DNA of 39,356 nt from a virus (taxonomy: Duplodnaviria > Heunggongvirae > Uroviricota > Caudoviricetes): IMG/VR virus record IMGVR_UViG_2671180568_000005; one strand, given 5' to 3'. Of this stretch, positions 1 to 6,770 are shown in pieces (the stretch's first letter is position 1; each line of letters opens with the position of its first letter). Made by a program: the position numbers and the translations under genes. Under the pieces are notes generated by a model. That model was not told the origin of the DNA. It saw only the letters and a list, made by a program, of their open reading frames with translations, and did not search any database.

Positions 1-87
1 TTACAGTTCCATCGGGTGTGCGCTAAGCTCTTTTCGTTCCCCATTGGGACCCCCTTTTGATTTCTTGTTTGACACTTGCAGTTGCCA
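1..87. repeat. 87-bp segment identical to 395-481 (IS200-like tnpA 5' end plus leader), abutting the 10-N gap
   Basis: Direct comparison of the two stretches; the minus-strand translation ends with the same residues in ORFs 1..489 and 395..583. Confidence 0.8.
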
Positions 88-97
88 NNNNNNNNNN
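88..97. other. Scaffold gap (10 N)
   Basis: Run of n characters. Confidence 0.99.
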
Positions 98-438
98 GTA
101 TCGACGTAGTACCCTCTGCACCAGAACTCCCTGTTCCTGTATTTGAATTTCAAATCACCAAACTGCTCGTAAAGCATCAGACTGCTTTTCCCTTTCAGAT
201 ATCCCATAAAGCCGGATACGCTCATTTTGGGCGGGATCTCCACAAGCATATGGATATGATCTGCACAGCATTCAGCTTCCAGAATCCGTACACTTTTCCA
301 CTCACACAGCTTTCTCAAAATACTGCCTATTGCTCTACGCTTCTCTCTGTAGAACACCTGTCTTCGGTATTTTGGCGCAAAAACTATGTGATATTTACAG
401 TTCCATCGGGTGTGCGCTAAGCTCTTTTCGTTCCCCAT
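98..438 (-). pseudogene. tnpA: IS200/IS605-family transposase TnpA, partial (3' end lost in the gap)
   Basis: Minus-strand translation MGNEKSLAHTRWNCKYHIVFAPKYRRQVFY...HIHMLVEIPPKMSVS...FWCRGYYVD matches the IS200 TnpA HUH transposase; the ORF runs into the N run at 88-97. Confidence 0.85.
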
Positions 439-575
439 TGGGACCCCCTTTTGATTTCTTGTTTGACACTTGCAGTTGCCAGACCGCAAGGTGTTTTAAC
501 AAATCAAAAGGGGTTTTAATAACTGGCTTAAAGCTGAAAGCTTTCCGGAACCCCCAGCCTAGCTGGGGGTTTTCT
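98..575 (-). mobile_element. IS200-like insertion sequence, partial; outer end uncertain
   Basis: tnpA fragment plus leader and a perfect hairpin cccccagcctagctggggg at 551-570 typical of an IS200 end structure; the exact boundary cannot be fixed without a reference copy. Confidence 0.6.
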
Positions 576-584
576 GTGCACAAA

Positions 585-604
585 AAAGCGCCCGCAGGCG
601 CTTT
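585..604. repeat. Candidate attL core: 20-bp direct repeat aaagcgcccgcaggcgcttt shared with 38022-38041
   Basis: Perfect 20-bp identity with the stretch just downstream of serS; it sits about 80 bp from the integrase gene; on the minus strand it forms a hairpin plus T-run, consistent with the displaced half of the serS terminator. Confidence 0.6.
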
Positions 605-687
605 AACATTTCTTGCCCCCCCTGATGATTTACTTATTTTTCAACGAATAAGCCAAAACAGGGGGAACAAATTAACACAAATTATAA

Positions 688-1680
688 CTAATCGATGGAC
701 AGTTTATGGACACTTTCAGCCAGCGGATTAAAGTTGATCGCGTCCTGTAAGAAGTCCGGCGAAAAATGAGCGTACGTCATTGTTTGCTGAATCGTTGCGT
801 GCCCCAGGATTCGTTGCAACGTAACAATATTTCCGCCATTCATCATAAAGTGTGTGGCAAATGTATGACGCATGACATGCGTAGCCTGCCCCTTCGGCAA
901 ATCCGGTTTCACCTCCTGAAGAATCTCCCGGAACTTCAGATAATCAACCTGATACAATAACCCCGTTCGACGGGTTTTAATCAGAGGCACGACCGAATCC
1001 GCCACAGGAACCGAACGGGATTTTCCGTTTTTGGTGTTAAAGAACGTCACCCGGTTGCCAACGATATGCTCTCCACGTAGTTCCGATGCTTCACTCCATC
1101 GGGCACCAGTAGAAAGACACAGAATGGCAACACGACGCGCATCACCCTCCAGTCGCTCAAGAAGCCGTTCAATCTCATCATCAGAAAGAAAGGCCATCTC
1201 TGTGTTCTGAACTTTCAGTTTTCGTATACCGCGTACAGGGTTCGCGTTGTGAAAGACCTCAGCTTCAATCAGCACCGTGAACATGGTAGACAGTACGCAT
1301 AAGTCACGATTAATACTGGACGGCATTAATCCGGCCTGTAATTTCTCTGACCGATATTCAAGCATAAATTTTCGCGTCATCTGACTGGCGCGAGGATCTC
1401 CCATTTCACGAACAACCTTCCCTAGCCTAACCCTGTAGCTATCCCCGTAAGCCTGATTACGCCCATCAAGCATCCACCACGCATCAAGCAGCTCTGATAA
1501 TCGCCGCTGATCAGCTGGCTTAGCCTGCCATGGCTTGTCATGAAAGTTCTGTAACACATACTTCTCAAACTCCTGAGCCTTTGATTTCAGGGCAAAGATT
1601 TTTCGAATCCGCTTTCCTTCCGCCCCCTGCGGTCTGACATCGACCTGATAACGTCCGTCTTTGAGTTGCTTAATCGACAT
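688..1680 (-). CDS. int: P2-type tyrosine integrase
   Basis: Translation MSIKQLKDGRYQVDVRPQGAEGKRIRK...HVMRHTFATHFMMNGGNIVTLQRILGHATIQQTMTYAHF resembles P2 Int; GGAGG lies 8 nt upstream of this ATG. The ORF track's alternative start at 1695 adds 5 codons. Confidence 0.9.
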   Translation of the reverse strand: MSIKQLKDGRYQVDVRPQGAEGKRIRKIFALKSKAQEFEKYVLQNFHDKPWQAKPADQRRLSELLDAWWMLDGRNQAYGDSYRVRLGKVVREMGDPRASQMTRKFMLEYRSEKLQAGLMPSSINRDLCVLSTMFTVLIEAEVFHNANPVRGIRKLKVQNTEMAFLSDDEIERLLERLEGDARRVAILCLSTGARWSEASELRGEHIVGNRVTFFNTKNGKSRSVPVADSVVPLIKTRRTGLLYQVDYLKFREILQEVKPDLPKGQATHVMRHTFATHFMMNGGNIVTLQRILGHATIQQTMTYAHFSPDFLQDAINFNPLAESVHKLSID

Positions 1681-1749
1681 GATTAGCCCCTCCAACGGAT
1701 AAATTAACTAAACACTCCTTGCGATATGTAATTCGCTCAATGTGTAGAG

Positions 1750-2091
1750 TCAGCCAACATTGCGGCCTGATCGGGGTGATTTTTGGGTAATACCGATTGA
1801 AACCTGATCGCCCTCCGACTGAATAGATCCATCAAGAGAGAGAGCCGGAGCAATCTGCCCGGCGACAGGTAGCGTCTTATCTTTTATTAGCCACAGCATG
1901 TATTTTTCAAAGCGATCGACTTGCAGAACCGCCTCAACGATTTTTGCTCTAGCGTTCTTTTGCCCCGATTCGTAATTCCTTATGGTTGCCAAAGACAACC
2001 CAGTAATATCCGCAAACTGCTTTTGTGTTAACCCTTCCGCCTTACGTATCTGACGTAACTTTTTTGCGTAGTCTATTGACAAGATAACCAT
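1750..2091 (-). CDS. Immunity repressor, XRE-type helix-turn-helix (P2 C-like position)
   Basis: HTH segment LTQKQFADITGLSLATIRNYESGQ; divergent from the early operon as in the P2/186 switch; start chosen at the internal Met with an upstream GAGAGG. Confidence 0.75.
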   Translation of the reverse strand: MVILSIDYAKKLRQIRKAEGLTQKQFADITGLSLATIRNYESGQKNARAKIVEAVLQVDRFEKYMLWLIKDKTLPVAGQIAPALSLDGSIQSEGDQVSIGITQKSPRSGRNVG

Positions 2092-2135
2092 TTGAGTATT
2101 AACCTCTCGCACAAAGATAACCTTTTGGTTATCTT
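2076..2135. promoter_or_regulatory. Switch region: TTGACA -35-like hexamer and two direct 9-bp repeats AAGATAACC (2081-2089, 2114-2122) plus an inverted copy (2127-2135)
   Basis: Repeats read directly; the position between the divergent repressor and cox-like genes matches the P2 operator arrangement. Confidence 0.5.
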
Positions 2136-2195
2136 TACAAGCCAAAACAAACCATCACAAGGCGCGACAAGCGCACCAACGCAAGAGGATAACAA

Positions 2196-2717
2196 ATGCG
2201 GGACTTCATTGCCGATAAAGAGTTATCTGACCACCAACCACTTCAGGAAAGTGACGCACTCAGCGGATCCATTGATGCCGCCAACGACGACGAGCACGAA
2301 GAAAACAAGAAAAAGCGTTCCTACAAAAAAGGAGCGACTTTGCGGCTGGATGGTCCGATCGCCGGGCTTTGCTCTCTGGAAAAAGGCGCGGCATATATTG
2401 GGCTAACAAAATCTGCACTGCGCGTAGCCATTCATCGCGGTCAAATGCCGGGACACAAAACACGCACAAACCCGGAAGATGAAAACTCAGACGGAGTATG
2501 GTGGTTTAACGCCAAAGAGTGGGACAAGTTGGCTGATGAGCTACCAGAGCACGAGCCCCCAGAATGGCACAACTGGAAAAGTTACTGGACGTATGACCGC
2601 CAGAAAAGGAAGTTCTCTCCAGCTAATAAAGAAGACTGCCAGACCATTAACGGTAAGCGAGTTTATACAGGCAGAAGCTCAAAACTGGACCAACTCAGAA
2701 ACAACAGAGGCAACTAA
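2196..2717 (+). CDS. Cox/Apl-like excisionase or early regulator (first gene of the early operon), longer than P2 Cox
   Basis: Position; HTH-like segment AAYIGLTKSALRVAIHRGQMP followed by an aromatic WWF motif as in Cox; AGAGGA ribosome-binding site upstream. Confidence 0.5.
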   Translation: MRDFIADKELSDHQPLQESDALSGSIDAANDDEHEENKKKRSYKKGATLRLDGPIAGLCSLEKGAAYIGLTKSALRVAIHRGQMPGHKTRTNPEDENSDGVWWFNAKEWDKLADELPEHEPPEWHNWKSYWTYDRQKRKFSPANKEDCQTINGKRVYTGRSSKLDQLRNNRGN

Positions 2718-2721
2718 TCGT

Positions 2722-3144
2722 ATGAAAACAAACACGTCAGATTTCACAATAACTATTTCAAAAAATGACCAAGCATTAATTGATAACCTGAAATACCTTG
2801 CGGAAAAACATAATAACGGACGAATTGCAATTAATTTACGACACATCACAGGAGTAACAATTGTAACCAGTTACTGGCATCTATATCTAATCGCTAAATC
2901 AGTACTTGAAAACAAAGATTCTGTTGTCAATGGAAGAGATATAGATACTCTTCCTGCACAAATCAAACCGATAGCCTATCAATTGCGTAATCGTTTTAAA
3001 AATGAAGGTGGGATTATATTTGACTTTCCCGCAGCTGTAGCCGTGAGCTTCTCTCGGGGGGATATACTTCACTCATTTCGTTTTGCTCTATCAGGTGACG
3101 AGACATTATGGCAGCTAGAAGATGCCGGGAGCAGCCCGGCATAA
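2722..3144 (+). CDS. Hypothetical protein in AT-rich island
   Basis: ORF of 140 aa starting MKTNTSDFTITISKNDQ; local GC is clearly lower than the flanks; no recognisable motif. Confidence 0.5.
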   Translation: MKTNTSDFTITISKNDQALIDNLKYLAEKHNNGRIAINLRHITGVTIVTSYWHLYLIAKSVLENKDSVVNGRDIDTLPAQIKPIAYQLRNRFKNEGGIIFDFPAAVAVSFSRGDILHSFRFALSGDETLWQLEDAGSSPA

Positions 3145-3150
3145 ATCAAA

Positions 3151-3342
3151 TTAAAAATCAACCAGTTGTGTGACAGGTGGGTATTTACGCTGAATTTTGT
3201 CAGTTACTAACGCCAGTAATATATGAATCTCTGTGTTTAATGCGTCTTTATCACCCGTCGTTTTTACCCTGGGAGGGTTAATGTTATCCAGAGCAGCACT
3301 AAGTTCACTCAACAAATTAACAACTTTTTTATCTTCTGACAT
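3151..3342 (-). CDS. Hypothetical small protein (63 aa), convergent with the 2722-3144 gene
   Basis: ORF in the same AT-rich island, 6 bp from the stop of the convergent partner. Confidence 0.4.
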   Translation of the reverse strand: MSEDKKVVNLLSELSAALDNINPPRVKTTGDKDALNTEIHILLALVTDKIQRKYPPVTQLVDF

Positions 3343-3479
3343 GAAAACCTCTTAACAATTTAATTAAACATAAGCCAGGACCTGAACCGGCCAGTCCAAG
3401 TCCTAGACACACAAAAAAAATACCACAAATCAATACAAGGTGACACGAGTACACCTTACCGAAGGTACAGAGTTTTAAT

Positions 3480-3830
3480 ATGAAACTACAGCGCAATTCT
3501 TCACAGCAGCGCTTCCGCAACGGTGCGGAACGCCATGCTAACCGTTTCGCTACCAGTGCATCACGTAGCAACTCTCGCTACAGCCTGAGCGAAACACACG
3601 CAACGCCGGATGGCTACCCAGTAAAACAAATTGGTGAACACACTTGGCTGATTGAAAAAGCAGGAATCGTGGTTCACAGATGCCAGCGCAACCCATTTAC
3701 CGGAAACCGCATTTTTGCACTGAGCAACGGCGACAATCAGTTCGGGCAGGATTTCACATTATACGAAGCACTTCGCACGGTTGATCGTCTGCTTCACGGG
3801 CAAAGTTTTATTAAACAGGCTGATTTATAA
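3480..3830 (+). CDS. Hypothetical early-region protein
   Basis: ORF of 116 aa, co-directional with the early operon. Confidence 0.5.
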   Translation: MKLQRNSSQQRFRNGAERHANRFATSASRSNSRYSLSETHATPDGYPVKQIGEHTWLIEKAGIVVHRCQRNPFTGNRIFALSNGDNQFGQDFTLYEALRTVDRLLHGQSFIKQADL

Positions 3831-3840
3831 CAGGTGCTTT

Positions 3841-4119
3841 ATGACCAAAGAGCATGCACAAGGTGTATTTATCCGTTTTATTGATTTTCGCGGTGAACTG
3901 TTATTACGCGCATCAGCCATTGACGGAGTTGTTCCATCCGAAAAAAATGCAGCTACTTACGTTTATCTGAACGGCACGCGCCTGACCGTAGAACTTCCGT
4001 ACCAGACTGTACACGAAATCATTAGCGAAGCGGAAAAAGCACGTAAGACTAATGGCGATGAACCCTATATCGAAATTATTTGTATGGATTCAGAAGCAGA
4101 AATTCAGAAAGCAGATTAA
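3841..4119 (+). CDS. Hypothetical early-region protein
   Basis: ORF from the internal Met MTKEHAQG; tight spacing to neighbours. Confidence 0.5.
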   Translation: MTKEHAQGVFIRFIDFRGELLLRASAIDGVVPSEKNAATYVYLNGTRLTVELPYQTVHEIISEAEKARKTNGDEPYIEIICMDSEAEIQKAD

Positions 4120-4130
4120 AGGGCGTTGCG

Positions 4131-4373
4131 ATGGGCAAAGAATATAAAACTCTCATTAACAAAGCACTTGAGCGTTTTTATTTTCGCTTAAGTGCATCAG
4201 GCGCTCATGCTGAACGTGCAGCCCGTGACTCATTGACCAGGGCAATCCGGAGTCTGTATGACGTGGCTTTTTACGCTGATGATCTGGATGCACTTAACGA
4301 ACTTTCCGAGCTGATCTGTGCCGCAGAATGCGGGGAACATATTGAACCGTATAAGCTGGGGAATATCGCATGA
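4131..4373 (+). CDS. Hypothetical early-region protein
   Basis: ORF from MGKEYKTL; its stop overlaps the next start (ATGA). Confidence 0.5.
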   Translation: MGKEYKTLINKALERFYFRLSASGAHAERAARDSLTRAIRSLYDVAFYADDLDALNELSELICAAECGEHIEPYKLGNIA

Positions 4374-4483
4374 GTATATTTATGTCATGGATTGTTCTGA
4401 TTATTTCAGTGGTCTGCGCAATTGGCATTGTGCGAATTATTCATTCAGTAAAAAAGATTGAACGTTTTTTCACTGGTGAATAA
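4370..4483 (+). CDS. Small single-pass membrane peptide (37 aa), MSIFMSWIVLIISVVCAIGIVRIIHSVKKIERFFTGE
   Basis: ATGA overlap with the upstream gene; hydrophobic core followed by a basic tail; absent from the ORF track because of its length. Confidence 0.4.
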   Translation: MSIFMSWIVLIISVVCAIGIVRIIHSVKKIERFFTGE

Positions 4484-4576
4484 CGATACAAATAAAACAT
4501 CAAATTAAATAAGAAAACGTGAAAACCATCCGTATTAACGGAGGTATTCGCACACGCAAATAACGGAGATACAAAA

Positions 4577-4987
4577 ATGCACGCAAAAGAAGAAGGTATC
4601 ATCAGAGCACTGAAAGAAATTTCAAAGACAGAAAACGAAGTAGCGAAAAAAGCCATAGCAAATAATCATATGGACGTCGCAACCCACACACTGATAGTCG
4701 CAAGAGTCACGGCAGAAGCAGCCGAAATTATCGCAAAACAGGATGCTGAACTGGCGGTTCTCAGAACACAACCAGTCACCGGACTGGATTTGTCTAACAC
4801 CGGACGCCTTATTTACACAATTGGCTCGGAGCTACAGCGATACACCATTATCGCCGGGTTACAGGATAAATACCTGATCACTCCTCACCCCATAAGGGAA
4901 TCAGAAATTCTGACAAATCTCCGCCTGATAGAGCGCTCTCAAGTCGCATTCATTGATGACGCACAGTGCACCGTATTTAACGCATAG
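4577..4987 (+). CDS. Hypothetical early-region protein
   Basis: ORF of 136 aa. Confidence 0.5.
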   Translation: MHAKEEGIIRALKEISKTENEVAKKAIANNHMDVATHTLIVARVTAEAAEIIAKQDAELAVLRTQPVTGLDLSNTGRLIYTIGSELQRYTIIAGLQDKYLITPHPIRESEILTNLRLIERSQVAFIDDAQCTVFNA

Positions 4988-5010
4988 AGTTACTGGACAA
5001 AGGGGGCGCA

Positions 5011-5214
5011 ATGGCAATTAAGCATTTTCCCGTCGTTCGCTTTACCTCCAGAGGGCGCGAATACGAGGTCGACGAACGCCTGATTACCACTATCGACAAA
5101 CATCGTTCGGAAAAGGATGCACACCACATCTACCTCACTGACGGCACTTACTTCTGCGCCACTAATGTGGCGCGGGTAAACCTTATCCGACAGGTACAGG
5201 AGCCACGCAGATGA
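5011..5214 (+). CDS. Hypothetical small protein
   Basis: ORF of 67 aa; stop overlaps the next start. Confidence 0.45.
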   Translation: MAIKHFPVVRFTSRGREYEVDERLITTIDKHRSEKDAHHIYLTDGTYFCATNVARVNLIRQVQEPRR

Positions 5215-5477
5215 CCATTCTGGACTACATCGCTACTCATCCGGGGTGTAGCGGCGGAGAGATCGCCGCAGCACTGAATACTCCAACCACAGCCATTAAT
5301 GCTGAGTTACGCCAACTTTGGCGCGGCGGCTTAGTCATCAGAACAAACCGCAGCACAGGTGGTCGCGCTCGCAAAACTGGAGGCCAGGCTTCTTACCACG
5401 TAAACCCGATGCCGTTCGGGTGTAGCAATCCACTTACTCACATGTTTAACCAGCTACTGAAGGAAGCCAGAACATGA
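5211..5477 (+). CDS. Hypothetical protein, possible winged-helix DNA-binding
   Basis: ORF of 88 aa; overlapping stop and start with both neighbours. Confidence 0.45.
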   Translation: MTILDYIATHPGCSGGEIAAALNTPTTAINAELRQLWRGGLVIRTNRSTGGRARKTGGQASYHVNPMPFGCSNPLTHMFNQLLKEART

Positions 5478-5773
5478 GCACCATCAACCACCAGAAGCTA
5501 CGCGAACTGGCATTTGCCCTGCAACGAATGGCAACGCCTCAAAAATTACTGGCATTTCGCGCAATGCTCTCGCCGTCTGCTGTGCTGGCACTGCTGAATG
5601 AGCTGGAGCACGCCAGAACCACGGCTCCTGCCATTCGCCTGACGCTCCATCATGAAATCGCTGATTTCTGCGCGACGTTGGAGGCGCCGGGCGAACCGGA
5701 AACGCCGGAAGCAATACAGCAAGAGCTGCTGCAACGCATTGACAAGGTTTTTGATTTTTTTCTGAACCAGTAA
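5474..5773 (+). CDS. Hypothetical early-region protein
   Basis: ORF of 99 aa. Confidence 0.5.
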   Translation: MSTINHQKLRELAFALQRMATPQKLLAFRAMLSPSAVLALLNELEHARTTAPAIRLTLHHEIADFCATLEAPGEPETPEAIQQELLQRIDKVFDFFLNQ

Positions 5774-6095
5774 GAAACCAGAACATGCACACACAAAAAA
5801 ACCGCTTGCCATGCCGCAATCAGTCAGGTTACATTTCCGCTGCACCTCATAAAACGGGTGCCGGGTTTCGCAGCCCGCTGACAAACGTAGCGCACAACCG
5901 CGCCAGCGGTTTTTTTGTGCGTACTGTATCGCCACGTCTTTTTCGCATCAGAATTATGGTGGGGCGTACGGGGCCGACTTCGGTCGGGCCGGGTTCTGCG
6001 TTTGCCGGTACTGCGAACCTCGTACGTCTCGCCACCCACAGTTTCGCAGCTCTGGATGGTGAGTTTTCAAAACTTACACACGTAGAGGCCACACC

Positions 6096-6326
6096 ATGGC
6101 AAACCGCAAACAGCACCGCGCTATCGCGGAGCGTCGTCACATCCAGACTGAAATCAACCGCAGACTTTCCCGCGCATCACGCGTCGCGCAAATCATGCAC
6201 ATCAATATGCTGCATGAGCGCAGCCACGCACTATCAAACATTTATTCCGCCGCTGTTTTCAGCTATCTGGCGGATGATCTGCACGAGCTTCAACAGCTCA
6301 TCCAGCAGCAAAACAAACTCCATTAA
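6096..6326 (+). CDS. Hypothetical small basic protein
   Basis: ORF of 76 aa with a weak ribosome-binding site; overlapped by an implausible 205-aa ORF in another frame. Confidence 0.3.
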   Translation: MANRKQHRAIAERRHIQTEINRRLSRASRVAQIMHINMLHERSHALSNIYSAAVFSYLADDLHELQQLIQQQNKLH

Positions 6327-6398
6327 TTCCTGTTCCGGGCCTTTCCTGCACCTTGCGGCGGGAGGCCTTCGCACATCTGTAGCAAGAGGATTGCCGCA

Positions 6399-6764
6399 AT
6401 GATTCTCGCCAACGACTTTCTTGAATACCTGCTCAACACAGAACGTGATCTTGCCGCTCGCGTGCGTGATCGTTATGACATGTACCTGAAATCCCTGCCT
6501 GTACCGCAGCTCGCTGACGGAAAAATTGTTATTGATGGTCGCTACATGATCGACAGCCATGAGGGAAATTACAGGCTTTACCGCATTGAAGGTGGCACCC
6601 CGTCCGTTATTGGCATTTACCAGCACCCATCCTCTGCAATCGTCGATGTGATTGCCGACAGCATCCGCATCACACATCGCCATGCCGACACAGAAGACAC
6701 CGTGCTGGAAATTCAGCGGCTGGCTACAGTCTGCCGCGACACCCTGAATGGCATGACGAAGTAA
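6399..6764 (+). CDS. Hypothetical protein immediately upstream of the replicase
   Basis: ORF of 121 aa. Confidence 0.5.
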   Translation: MILANDFLEYLLNTERDLAARVRDRYDMYLKSLPVPQLADGKIVIDGRYMIDSHEGNYRLYRIEGGTPSVIGIYQHPSSAIVDVIADSIRITHRHADTEDTVLEIQRLATVCRDTLNGMTK

Positions 6765-6770
6765 ATCACT

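Noticed and set aside
1-489. 162-aa minus-strand ORF read as an intact transposase
   Set aside because: It spans the N gap, and its C-terminal residues are a translation of the duplicated leader; only 98-438 is genuine tnpA sequence.
5785-6402. 205-aa plus-strand ORF
   Set aside because: Low-complexity, Ser/Arg-rich translation, no ribosome-binding site, and it overlaps the structured noncoding region and a more plausible small ORF.
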